The notes beneath the pieces were generated by a model. It saw only the letters and a program-made list of their open reading frames with translations. It was not told where the DNA came from and did not search any database. From assembly GCF_030028105.1 (NCBI RefSeq), contig NC_092378.1, positions 100,305,731 through 100,369,730 of the forward strand: 64,000 nt of DNA. Direction: 5' to 3'. Positions 13,739-25,932 of this stretch are shown piece after piece; the first letter of the stretch is position 1, and each line of letters opens with the position of its first letter. Source of the stretch: Mobula birostris. Its lineage: Eukaryota. A program made the translations under genes and the position numbers.

Positions 13739-13826
13739 AGACTGGGAATAGGCCTTCTGGCAGACAGTGCCAGGGTAGCTTTCACTTAAATGGATCCTCT
13801 TGAGCAGGTGCCCAGTTTTCAAGTTC
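13739..13826 (-). CDS. PALB2: PALB2 coding exon 12 (human exon 11)
   Basis: NLKTGHLLKRIHLSESYPGTVCQKAYSQS, 88 nt as in human. AG and GTAAG junctions. Confidence 0.95.
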
Positions 13827-14607
13827 CTAAGAGATAAACCAATAAAAACATCAATTTCGACAGTGTTTCAGCCTCTGCAGTACCTGAATAACACCCATTC
13901 AATAATGTCAAATAATTTATTCCCAACAGAGAATATGGAGAATGAAGAAGAAAATGCCTTCAGTGCTTAATAACTACTTTTATTTAGCTATTTATCAGAA
14001 CTCCCAGAACAGCCTCTGCAGGCTTGTCATACTTACATTTTTTAAGCGTATATTGTTGCTATTTGGCAAATGAGACAAACTGATTTTTTAATGTATTAAA
14101 ATCTAAGTAACGTTTCTTAGAAGTGTTGGCCAAGGAAACAAATTTCCCATCATCAATTTGAACAATTGGGCATGTTCAAAGGCACATTTCCAGGATGGTG
14201 GGGCACAGCCCAAAAAAATGCTCACATCTTTGTTTGAGAACAAAAGGGTACTCACAACCACGTTAATATGAAGGCAACAATGAGAACAATGGGGGCAACA
14301 GCTGGGGAAGAAATAGAGCCTGCAAAGCAGGTCGCTGTTGAAATTATAGAGAAATGCTTGAAACACAAGTATTAGTCCATGACTTCTAATCACAACTCAC
14401 CCACTCCTCTTCCATAGGACGTATAAATCTAGCCAAGAGGGAGACGAGGCTTTGATTTGAAAAAAAGACCCTCCTAACAATACAGGACTCTCTCAGCATT
14501 GCACTGGGATATAAACTGAGGTTGGAGTTTATCTGACTCATAGGCCAGCATGCTATGGCTTATGGTGATATTATTGATAAAGTAACAAACTGGGATCAAG
14601 TTCTCAC

Positions 14608-14724
14608 CAAATGATGATGTTGCTCATTATAGTTGATCCAATCAAAGCTTCTGATTGTCCTTCAACTTCGCTGAAAGCCAGAACCATCTCATTGGGTGGG
14701 ACAAGTTGCATACGTCGCTCACTC
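14608..14724 (-). CDS. PALB2: PALB2 coding exon 11 (human exon 10), BRCA2-binding region
   Basis: [33 protein letters not shown] aligns to human [33 protein letters not shown]. 117 nt. Confidence 0.95.
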
Positions 14725-15229
14725 CTAATCAGAAAATTCAGTCAGTAAACTTGCCCTAACGTGAAAAGTAATACAAAGTATTTCCTCTAGCCTCTTACTC
14801 AAACTTTCAGCCAGCTCTGCACAGGCACCATTTTCTCTGTTAGTAGCCCAGAGGGGCCTCTGTGGGCATTTACCAAAGCCAGACATTGGAAATGAAATAT
14901 CTATTTAAACTATGCCCTAACATAATCTGCATCAGAATCACAATCAGCTTTACTACCACTGATGTATGCCGTGAAATGTGTTGCTTTGTGATGACAGTTT
15001 AGTGCAGGCGTAACAAATTACTGTAAGTTATTGTAAGAATAAATAGTGTAAAAGCAAATAGTGAGGTTGTGTTCATGAACTGTCCAGAGATCTGATGACA
15101 GAGGGGAAAATGTTCTTAAAGTCTTGACTGTGGGTCTTTAGGCTCTTGCACCATGACTTTCTGTAACCTACTTTATGCTTTAGTATCACTATTTTCAAGT
15201 CCATCGTTAAAACAGTAATAATGGGCTTC

Positions 15230-17665
15230 TCATGATGGGTTATCTTAATTTCCCTAATATTGATTGGCATCTCCCTAGACCAAGGGGTTTAGATGGGGTG
15301 GAGTTTTGTAGGTGTGTTCATGAAGGTTTCCTGACACAGTGTGTAGATAAGCCTGCAAGAGGAGAGGCTGCACTTGATCTGGTATTGGGAAATGAACCTG
15401 GTCAGGTGTCAGGTTTCTCAGTGGGAGAGCATTTTGGAGTAATCACAATTCTATCTCTTATACCATAGCATTAGAGAGGGATAGGAACAGACAAGTTAGG
15501 AAAGCGTTTAATTGTAGTAAGGGGAAATATGAAGCTATCAGGCAGGAACTTGGAAGCATAAACAGGGAAATGTATGGCAAAAATGTGGCAAATGTTCAGG
15601 GGATATTTGCATGGCGTCTGCACAGGGACATTCCAATGAGACAGGGAAAGGATGGTAGGGTACAGGAACCGTGGTGTACAAAAGCAATTGAAAGTCTAGT
15701 CAAGAACAGAAGAAAAGCTTACGAAGGGTTCAAAAAACTAGGTAATGATAGAGATTTAGAGATTATAAGGCTAATAGGAAGGAGCTTAAGAATAAAATTA
15801 GGAGAGTCAGAATGGGCCATGAGAAGGCCTTGGCGGACAGGATTAAGGAAAACCCCAAGGCATTCTATAAGTATGTGAAGAGCAAGAGGATAAGATGTGA
15901 GAGAATAGGACCAATCAAGTGTGACAGTGGAAAAGTGTGTTTGGAACCGGAGGAGATAGCAGAGGTACTTAATGAATACTTTGCTTCAGTATTCACTACG
16001 GAAAAGGACCTTAGCAATTATGGGGATGACTTACAGCGGATTGAAAAGGTTGAGCACGTAGATATTAAGAAAGAGGATGTGCTGGAGCTTTTGGAAAACG
16101 TCAAGTTGATAGGTTACCGAAACCGAATGAGATGTACCCCAGGCTACTGTGGGAAGCAAGGGAGGAGATTGCTGAGCCTCTGGCGATGATCTTTACATCA
16201 TCAATGGGGACAGGAGAGGTTCCAGAGGATTGGAGGGTTGCAGATGTTGTTCCCTTATTCAAGAAAGGGAGTAACAATAGCTCAGGAAATTATAGACCAG
16301 GAAGTCTTACTCCAGTGGCTGGTAAGTTGATGGAAAAGATCCTAAGAGGCAAGATTTATGAACATTTGGAGAGGCATAATATGATTAGGAATAGCAGCAT
16401 GGCTTTGTCAAAGGCAGGTCATGCCTTATGAACCTGACTGAATTTTTTGAGCGTGTGACTAAACACATTGATGACAGAAGAGCAGCAGATGCAGTGTATA
16501 TGGATTTCAGCAAGGCATTTGATAAGGTATCCCATGCAAGGCTTATTGAGAAAGTAAGGAGGCATAGGATCCAAGGGGACATTGTTTTGTGGATCCAGAA
16601 CTGGCTTGCCCACAGAAGGCAAAGAGTGGTTGTAGACGGGTCATACTCTGCATGGAGGCCGGTGACCAGTGGAGTGCCTCAGGGATCTGTTCTGGGACCC
16701 CTTCTCTTCGTTATTTTTATAAATGATCTGGATGAGGAAGTGGAGGGATGGGTTAGTAAATTTGCTGATGACACAAAGGTTGGGAGATAGTGTGGAGGGC
16801 TGTCAGAGGTTACAGCGGGACATCAGCAGGATGCAAAACTGGGCTGAGAAGTGACAGATGGAGTTCAACTCAGATAAGTGTGAGGTGGTTCATTTTGGGA
16901 GGTCAAATATGATGGCACAATATTAGTATTAATGGTAAGACTCTTGGCAGTGTGGAGGATCAGAGGGATCTTGGGGTCTGAGTCCATAGGACACTCAAAG
17001 CTACAGCGCAGGTTGACCGTGCGGTTAAGAAGGCATACGGTGTATTGGCCTTCATCAACCATGGGATTGAGTTCAAGAGCTAAGAGGTAATGTTACAGCT
17101 ATATAGGACCCTGGTCAGATCTCACTTGGAGTACTGTGCTCAGTTCTGGTTACCTCACTACAGGAAGGACATGGAAACCATAGAAAGGGTTCAGAGGGGG
17201 TTTACAAGGATGTTGCCTGGATTGGGGAGCATGCCTTATGAGAATAGTTTGAGTGAACTCGGCCTTTTCTCCTTGGAGCGACGGGGAATGAGAAGTGACC
17301 TGATAGAGGTGTGTAAGCTAATGAGAGGCATTGATCGTGTGGATAGTCAGAGGCTTTTTCCCAGGGCTGAAATGGCTAACACAAGAGGACACAGTTTTAA
17401 GGTGCTTGGAAATAGGTACAGAGGAGATGTCAGTGGTAAGTTGTTGTTTTTCTTTGACGCAGAGAGTGATGAGTACGTGGAATGGGCTGCTGGTGATAAT
17501 GGATATGATAGGGTCTTTTAAGTGGCTGCTGGATAGGTACATGGAGCTTACAAAAATGGAGAGCTATGGGTAACCCGAGGTAATTTCTAAAGTAAGTACA
17601 TGTTCAGCACAGCATTGTGGGCCAAAGGGCCTGTATTGTGCTGTAGTTTTTCTGTGTTCTATGTT
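15230..17665 (+). mobile_element. CR1 LINE ORF2 (endonuclease end to RT), frameshifted, in a PALB2 intron
   Basis: [53 protein letters not shown] and a TTCTATG-type tail. Confidence 0.92.
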
Positions 17666-18014
17666 AAAAAGCAATTTATCATAATGAAGTCACATCATTC
17701 TAGGACATCTTTAACACAAAGAGTAGGAGAAAAAGGCACAAAATATTTTCCTTGTTAGATCTAAACGGCTTAGAAGTGAAATCAGGACAGTAAGAATCTC
17801 ATGTTAGTACAGACATTCAATTTGATTGGCCTTCCATATCTGCTAGCAATCAAACCAGAGCTGAAGACAAATTAATTTCACTTCTTTGTAATCTCATCTA
17901 TTTTTCATGAACTATCTGAAACTCCAGCATCATTTAATGTTCTGAGCATGCAGAAGCTAGCATGGGCTGCTAGCTGAGAAGAATAAAGAATGAAAAATAA
18001 AATTAGTTTCTGAC

Positions 18015-18173
18015 CTTCCTTCCTCGGAGAGGGTGTTCAGTTCTATGCTTTGCCTCTGAAGTGTGCCATAACAGCAGACCAACCTCCTCCTAGGCAGCCC
18101 CAGCACTGCGTTTATATCTCCTGCTTGCAGCAGAGTGTGTTCCAAGCAGCCTTTTACTGTAGAGCGTAACACC
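18015..18173 (-). CDS. PALB2: PALB2 coding exon 10 (human exon 9)
   Basis: LLQAGDINAVLGLPRRRLVCCYGTL aligns to human [25 protein letters not shown]. Phase 2-2. Confidence 0.93.
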
Positions 18174-18803
18174 CTTACAAGAAGTGTAAAAATAATCCAT
18201 CTTTATCATCAAGAAAGGAATCACCAGCCCACATCTGAGCCAAATATCCATTATTAGAACTACAGTGATATTGTGTAAAAAATAATAGATCCCTCTCTGC
18301 ACAAAGTACAGCTCCCTCTACTCTAAAACATTCCCAGGACAGGTACAGAATGGGTTGGCTACAAAACAAAACTCCAACTATAGTCCCCAATCAGAACTTT
18401 CTGAATTAGAAATGCAATCGCTCCTATTTCAACGCACTCTCTTCGGAACTCTGATAGACCTCTTCTGAGAAAACAATTTTCCCAGTGACAGAATTCCATG
18501 CAGATTTTAGACTGACTCACTCCAAAACCTGTTACTAAGAGGAAATTAACTGAGCACTGGACTCCTCCCTTTATACTTTCCACACTCATTTCATTATGGA
18601 GCAGTTAATCTCTTAGCTCAGTAGCTTTCAAACCCATTACGATTATCTAATGTCACAATGTGTCAGCAGTCAGACAATAATGGCAACATGTCTGGTTATA
18701 AGTAAGCTGTGTGTTACTCTGAAACACTGCTGTGTTATATGTGTGCAATTCAGTCAGAAGAGCGGTACTTTTATTGTTCTGACAGTGTTTTTTGAGGACT
18801 TAC

Positions 18804-18889
18804 TTCACTTCCCTTATCTCCAGGCTTCCAAAGGCCACACACAGAATGTTCACAGCATCTGGGATGGGGATGAGTTCAATTATGGGAAC
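18804..18889 (-). CDS. PALB2: PALB2 coding exon 9 (human exon 8)
   Basis: VPIIELIPIPDAVNILCVAFGSLEIREV, 86 nt. CAG acceptor, GTAAGT donor. Confidence 0.95.
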
Positions 18890-19979
18890 CTGAAGGGAAG
18901 GGGAAAGAAGTAAATCAATGTTGAAATTAGATAAAAACTTAAAAAAGGTCACATCATCCTCAATTACTATACCTAAACATTATAAAACCTGAACACGCAA
19001 GCAGTTAAACCCGTTGCTAAGTGGTCTCTGAATATATCTTACTGAATAGGATACTTACTTGCACCAAAACAGCATTGATTTGCAACGCAAAACCAGTTTG
19101 AGATAAAGCAGTGATCTACTTAGTGAGAGATTTTAAGATGCACAATGGGGTTCCTAATTGTAGCCTCTTTGCTGCAGAAAAGTATCTAGCAGAACTCTTA
19201 CATACATTGTAGATATTTCGAGGGACAGGAGGATAGCAAATCTCTGGCCTCCTTTTATCTATCTTCACAGATGACTCAGTATGGCCATGATTCACATTAG
19301 GGATACGACGGATGAGTTAGTGGCTACGCATATGGTTACCTGCTCTGCCTGCCACAGATATCAGTCTGGTGATCAAAAACTGTGTGCTGAATACCAAAGT
19401 CTGGTTTGTCTCAAATACTTTAAATATACTGTAACAGTAAAGTTTATAAAGGCGTTTTAGATACAATAGAAGTCTATTTTGTTGATGTCCACTAAAGTTT
19501 GGGAACTAGAGTAGGTCTTTTAAATATTTCATGTTTAATTCCAGAGTTTCTTGTGTAATCCTGGTTTGTGTTATCCAGGACTTTTTAAAAGTGTAATAAT
19601 CATGAGGAGCTCAATAGATAGAAGACTTCTCCCAACTAAGGTGAATGGGAAGCTTGGATGTAAGAGCTTTGTTCAGGGAAGAAATGAATCCAGGGTTTAG
19701 ACTTGTTGGAACAATATTGTTTATTAATCACAATGCTCCAATCTTTTGGTGAGAGCCCATTGTTTATGAAAGAATTTCATTAGCTGGCTCAGTGTGCAGG
19801 CTTCCACAGATGTCAAAGAAAAAAAAAGATAAATTCAACACAGTATTCATGATTCTGTAAAATTAAATATTTGGGATTAAACATTTTATTTTAAGCTAAC
19901 CAAATGCAATCATTCAGCATCGAATACCTGACATCAGATTACTCTAATTTATAACAATGAGGAAAGGATGGGCATCTAC

Positions 19980-20141
19980 CTTATCAAAGATCCAAGTACC
20001 GATGTTAATCCACTGGTTCAGCTGCTGTGGGGCCCACAGGAACACTGCTGTTTCACAGGCACAGGCAATACACAAAGTTCTGGTCTCTTTCACAGTCCAA
20101 AATACCGTGCACAAATCAATAATGCAGGACGTGGACGGATT
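19980..20141 (-). CDS. PALB2: PALB2 coding exon 8 (human exon 7)
   Basis: NPSTSCIIDLCTVFW...CIACACETAVFLW...QWINIGTWIFDK, 162 nt as in human. Confidence 0.95.
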
Positions 20142-20929
20142 CTATAAACAAAGATAACACTACTCATCCTCCCGAGACTGATGAACCTTTGCATAGATGT
20201 CTCATGCCAGCAGCAAAACTGGTTTACCTGGATAGTGTCCTTTCCCTCAACATGCAAACCATGAAAAAAGTACCTACTGCAAAATTAAGGGTAGCCATGG
20301 AAAGAACACTCGTGATAAAAAAAGGCACTGTGTTTGCACCAGAGCAAATACATATTTGCATTTGTTCTGCTCACCTACCCTCAACATTCTTTTGTCCAAA
20401 GAAAGCAGATGCAGCCCCTTAAATCTACCCTTGTAACTATAGTCCCTTATCCCAGAAACAATTCGCATTAATTTATTCTGGACCTCTCTAATGTCTTCAT
20501 ATCCTTCCTACGTGACAACTGTAATGCTCCATTTGAGGTTGAGCAGTTTTTCAAAGCTTTAGCATAACTTAACTGGTCATTGTAAGGACTGGAACTCTAA
20601 ATAAATAAACTTTTCTGCTTTTGCACCCCATTTCCCCATTGACAAAGCCAAAATTGTGTATGGAGTCAAAAGAGACTACAGACCGATGGTATCTCCCTTT
20701 ATCTTTCAGTCCAGATGAAGGGTCTCAGCCTGAAACCACAACTGCCTATTTCACAGACGATCCCCGATTTGCTGCGTTCTTCCATCGTTTTGCGTGTTGC
20801 CCAAGATTTATTACCTACATTCTCACTTTTACTTCATTTTCAGAGACAACACCACTGTAGTGGCTTGTATCACTTGGAGTGCAGGAAGGACATAGACAGC
20901 CTAGTGACATGGTGTCAATACAACAATCA

Positions 20930-21706
20930 GAAAGGAGGAGCTTAGGAGGACGATGGTGCCTAACGGCAACTCCTCTGCTTGCATCTTTGGAAGCAGCTCT
21001 ATTTCCATCTTTAATATCTCTATTTCCCTTTCAGGGTTCTTTTGAAGATCCTGACCTGGTGTTACACGCTGCCTACGGTTCTTTGCGGGAATGGGACCCG
21101 CTCTCGGGGGTTTCATGATGGCCGTTATTCAGCACACTAATGGCATGGCCTAAGAGCTCAGCTCACCTTCGGAGGACAGAGATTTCGTGGCTCTGGAGAT
21201 GGGGGAATCAGAGGTCGGTGTGTCGTGGGAGATGGAAGATCTAAGGCTGTGTGCCCTGAGACCCGAGATCTTTGGGCACAGAGGTCGGGAAAAGCGACGC
21301 AATGGACTTTTAACATTGTAAACCAGCGAGTTATTTGTTATGTCTCCCCTCTCACTGTGAAACGGACACATCTCTTTCTCCCTTATTAGGGAGAGAGAGA
21401 GAGAGAGCCTATGGTATGTCAAATACCAGGTGAACAAGTAGTCTTTGGGGTATTGCAAGTCTGTGTCTTTGCTGTTGCCTTGCTCACGCTTGAATGCTCG
21501 GTGGCGGATGCCGATGCTCTTTTTTGCCATGGGGAGGCTGGTGCTTACCTGCGGGAGGGAGGGGAGCCGGGGGGACTCTGGGGTTCTAACATTTAACTGT
21601 CATTCATTCTTTGGGGGCACTCCTCTGCTTTTGTGGATGGTTGTGAGGAAAAAGCATTTCAGGATGTATACTGTATACAGTTCTCTGACATTAAATGTAC
21701 CTTTGA
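20930..21706 (+). mobile_element. Unclassified ~780 bp interspersed repeat inserted in a Rex1 remnant
   Basis: Interrupts TWCQYNN..KELVIDF Rex1 RT sequence. CpG-containing body, a (GA)n run and a Rex1-like 3' end. Confidence 0.5.
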
Positions 21707-22152
21707 AGCACTTTCCCTCTGTGCCAAAGAAATAAGAGCCAGTTATTGATTTCAGGAGGGCCGATGGTCAGTGCACATGCTCTTGTTTACATCAATGGTG
21801 CTGAGATTGAGGGGGTTGGGAGCTTTGAGTTCCTGGGAGTGAACATCACCAATACAGCCTGTCCCACTCCAATCACCCAGACACCATAGCTAAGAATGTT
21901 TCCATGTTTCAAAGTTAAAGTGTTTGTCCTGTAGTTGCTAAGCTTATCTTTTTGTTTTGGGCAAGATAATCAAATTACTTAACATAAGACCCTGGCATTT
22001 TGTAGGATCTTACTGACTAAATCCAGCAAACTCAGCCTTGCAGGTCTCAACCATTTAAATCTATGACAATTAGGGTACTTAAGCAAAGAGCCTTGCTCAG
22101 CAAAATCTGGATCATCTGATTTGTCTTTCAGTGCTCATCAGTATTCACTAAC

Positions 22153-22242
22153 CTGTATCTTGGAGATTAATTGTAACACCCGCTTTTCCAATTTTTGCTC
22201 TAATTTCATGGTGGCAAGAGCTGGAGACAAGCCATCATCCTT
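22153..22242 (-). CDS. PALB2: PALB2 coding exon 7 (human exon 6)
   Basis: KDDGLSP...VLQLISKIQ aligns to human NLQLVSELK. TAG acceptor (NAGNAG TAGAAG), GTTAGT donor, phase 0-0. Confidence 0.88.
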
Positions 22243-22798
22243 CTACAAATAAAAATTCACAACATTAGTGAAAAGATTTGGAAACCATGAAATCTTATAC
22301 TTATCAAAAGATTGCAGAGCTCCTCTTTACAGATACAGCTAATAAAACTAAAATGAAAGCAAAAATAACACCGCACATGTTGGAAACCTGTGACTAAAAC
22401 AATACAAAAAGGACATCCCTAGCAGGACAGGAAGCATACAGAGAAATTATTTGATCTGTTTGGACAGATACAAGGCAAGCTCTGTGTAGGAGGGAAGGGT
22501 AAAACTGATTGTGGAGTAGGTTTATATAGGTCAGCACAACATAGCGAGCCGAAGTTCCTGTAATGTGCTCTACTGTTCAATGTTCTGACCTGGTGTATTT
22601 ATTTCCCTCAGAGAAGGAAATCTTACATCCTCACCTGGTCTGGCTAAATGCAACTCCAGACCCACAGACGCTTAAATGTCCTCTGAAATGACACATCAAA
22701 CGTTTAGTTAAAAGACAATTAGAAATGGCCTATAAATGCTGTCAGAGCCCAGTCACAGATTGCACCACCATACTAAAACATTACAGCAAAATAGTTAC

Positions 22799-23337
22799 CT
22801 CTTCAACGACCACTTTTGAAACTTCCTCGGTATAATCATCACTTGGCATCTCTTGTTGGCTGACGGTCGTTCCACATTTGTAGTTGAGGTCCTCCTCCTC
22901 ATCCTTATTATTTAAAAGATCCCTTCCAGAGAAAGCACATGGACTGCCTTCCTTTATTGTCGGAGAGGGCTGAGTCAAATGTGGCTGTGATGCTTTTCCA
23001 ACAGCTGACTGGGATCTCTGTTCACAATTCCCCACATCTTCCAGCCCATGTAACAATGCGGCAGTTTGAGGTGAATTCGAGTTTCCGTAACTCCTTTGGG
23101 AAAATACTGGAGAACACCCAGAGGCACCGGAGACAGGAGTGAAGCCAAGTGAAGGGAAAGCAGGGCTACCTGCATATTGGTCATGTTGATGGTCACTCGT
23201 AGCCTGTGGAGTTGAAAGCAGAATGCTGGAAGATGGCGTACGGCCAGATGTGTTTTTTGGAATTTTCTGAACGCGAGAGTTAATGTTGTTCTCTGGCCTT
23301 TCGGGGGTCCTGGAAAGTTCCGTGCAACACAGAGACG
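22799..23337 (-). CDS. PALB2: PALB2 coding exon 6 (3' part of human exon 5)
   Basis: Contains PAFPSLGFTP (human PAFPILGTTP). Acceptor gtttttcaacccattgtctcCAG, phase 1. Donor GAG|GTAACT, phase 0. Confidence 0.85.
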
Positions 23338-23998
23338 CTGGAGACAATGGGTTGAAAAACACAACGTGCATTAATTCATCCATCATTGGGTTTACACCTC
23401 ACTTAAAATAATCGACAAATTTGTAAAAGATCCATACTTTTACTTTGCCAGTACTTGTAACTACTTCACCACTGTAGTAATACACTACTCATTAATCCGA
23501 TTGTCTCATTTATTTTTACAACTGAACTTATGGCCTCACAAGTGGACTGCACACAAACTGTACATGCAGCAAATTATATTTTTTCTTGCTGTTATTAGAA
23601 CTCCAGGTGGAGCTTAACTAATCTCAAATGTAAATTTCAAACTTCAGTTTCTGAAGGAGGAGCAATCAACTGAATCCAACTTTAAGTTTGTGTAATCTGC
23701 CACTGTTCGAAGATTATACCAAGCTATTAGAGATCGTACACTTCACAGTAAATTGCCTGTATTTAATATGTACAAAGACAGTGAGCCGTGTAGAGTGTGC
23801 TTTGTATATACTGGGGCCAATTAGCTTATCAGAATGAAGTACTACTGTTTAAAGTATGTAAACTTATTGAAAAGGCTAACTTGGCAGACAAAGAAAAAAG
23901 CTAAACAGAGACGAAAGAAAAGCCATTTCAACTGCTAACTATTTGCATTAGAATATTGGAAGCACTTGCCTTAGAAATTTAGAACTAAGCCATCTTAC

Positions 23999-24301
23999 TT
24001 TGTGGGTGGGATTCCTCAATGTTCTCTGTAGTTTCTAGTGCACATGATCCTTTTCCGGGCGCTGTGTCCCAATTATTCTTCTCCACGAGAGATTTTTTTA
24101 ATGCTTCTGTTCTTAGCTTTTCTTTAAGCTGACCGTAATCCTCCTCTGGAAGGTCAAAATCTTGGACTTCCTGGTTGTGAAATAACCTTTTGACGATAGT
24201 TTTTTTAACAGCGAGTAATGGTTCTGAACACACTAGTGTCCTGTATTTAGATCTCTTAGTGATCTTCCTGGAACTTCCATGTGTTCTACGATAGCTATTA
24301 C
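23999..24301 (-). CDS. PALB2: PALB2 coding exon 5 (5' part of human exon 5), MRG15-binding FxLP motif
   Basis: QDFDLPEEDYGQLKEKL aligns to human DFQLPDEDFGPLKLEKV. 303 nt, phase 1-1. Acceptor cccaatAG, donor GTAAGA. Confidence 0.88.
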
Positions 24302-24599
24302 CTATTGGGACAGTACAACTTCCATTACTTCAGAAAGCAGAAAGGTTAGTAGAAAACTGGCAGGCAGGAAAAGACCGTTTGAGCCAAATAGCCTACCCAC
24401 AACTGTACTATAGTTTATTCTTAATAGGATTCCTGCACAAAAAGGAAAATAAGGTAAATTATTTAATAGGGAGAGCATATGCTGAGATAAGCATTCTCTA
24501 AAAAGTTTTAAAGTATTTATCTCTGGGAATTTTCATACAACACCCACCATCCCACAGTGTAGTCAATGTATTATGCTTTCACTGAGATCTTTTAAAAGA

Positions 24600-24845
24600 C
24601 CGCTCAGGGCGTTCCAGAGTTCAATTCCCACACTGTCTGTAAGGAGTTTGTAGATTCTCCCTGTGGGTTTCCTTCGGGTGCTCCAGTTTCCTCCCACAGT
24701 CCAAAGATGCACTGGTTGGGTGAATTGGTCATTGTAAATCATCCTGTGATTAGGCTAGTGTTATAGGTGGGTTATTGGGCAGCGTGGCTCGTTGGACCAG
24801 AAGGGCCTGTTCTGAGCAGTCTTTCTAAATAAAAATAAATAATAA
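24600..24845 (+). mobile_element. V-SINE (HE1-like); weaker copies at ~3260..3545 and ~28930..29040
   Basis: B box GAGTTCAATTCC, V-domain GGGTTTCCTTCGGGTGCTCCAGTTTCCTCCCACAGTCCAAAGA, (AAAT)n tail. Confidence 0.75.
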
Positions 24846-24929
24846 ATAGTGCAGGTTTCCAGCTTCTAATCATTTAGATTTAGTGTCTGTAGGAACCATA
24901 AAAGAACATCTTCAGAATTGTAACAGAAG

Positions 24930-25500
24930 ATAAACAGTATAGCAGAGTACAAGCCCTTTGGCTCTGATGTTGTGCCACCTTTTTAACCTGCTTTCAGGTC
25001 AATCGAACCCTTCCCTCCCACATAACCCTCCATTTTTCTATCATCCATGTGTCTATCAAAGTGTCCCTTCAATGTCCCAAATACTGTACGTCTGCCTCTA
25101 CCACGTCCCTGGCAATGCGTTCCATGTACTTACCACTCTCTGTGTAAAAACCTACTGCTGACATACCCCCCCCATACCCCTCTTTGTATTAATCACTGCC
25201 ATCCTGGGACAGAGGCATGGGCTGTCCACTCTATCTATGCCTCTTATCATCTTATACACCTCTCATCCTCCTTCAGTCCAAAGAGAAAAGTCCTAGCTTA
25301 TTCAACCTTTTCTCATAAAACAGGCTCTGTAATCCAGGCAGCACCCTGGTGAATCTCCTCTGCACCCTCCCTAAAACTTCCACATCCTTCCTATTATGAG
25401 ATGACCAGAACTGAACACGAGACCCCAAGTGTGGTCTAGCCAGTTTTATAGAGCTGCAACACTACCTCACGCTTGTTGAATTCATTCTCCCAACTAATGG
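24930..25500 (-). mobile_element. CR1 3' fragment; similar fragments at 34225..34840 and 46230..46900
   Basis: Reverse complement of the CR1 RT C-terminus (gaccagaactgaacac, HLxSxVQFWS). Confidence 0.75.
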
Positions 25501-25932
25501 TAATGGTTCTATAGAGATCTCATTTTTTCTTTAAAGAAATCCTATTGCATATTTATTGAAGAGAAAAATACAATTGACTTTTGGATTAGGTAGAAAATAG
25601 ACTGTCATACTTCCAGGGACTGATTAAATGGCAATGTGTGCTTACTCTCTTAGATGACACACTGAACCATTCTATTTTCTGCTCTCTTGTGGATTATTTG
25701 AACCTCTCTGGTTTTAGACACAATGTCTGTAGAGAACAGTCACTATACTTAAAGGCTTCCAGTGGCCGTGAAGTGTTTTTCAGAGAATATGCAAAATTGT
25801 ATGAAAATAAAAGTTCTTTTTTACTTTTTTCTAATCAAAAATAAATGAGCTTTGCTTTCAGAGCAAATCATGCATGAGACTAGCAGTCAAATCAATTCAA
25901 GTCCAACAAACCACAGTGTATTCGGTGCTCAC

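Noticed and set aside
23338-23403. Met start at 23386, or acceptors at 23402 and 23398, for PALB2 exon 6
   Set aside because: The TAAG acceptor gives stops in all phases and the GAG acceptor is weak. The CAG at 23338 has a pyrimidine tract and the right phase.
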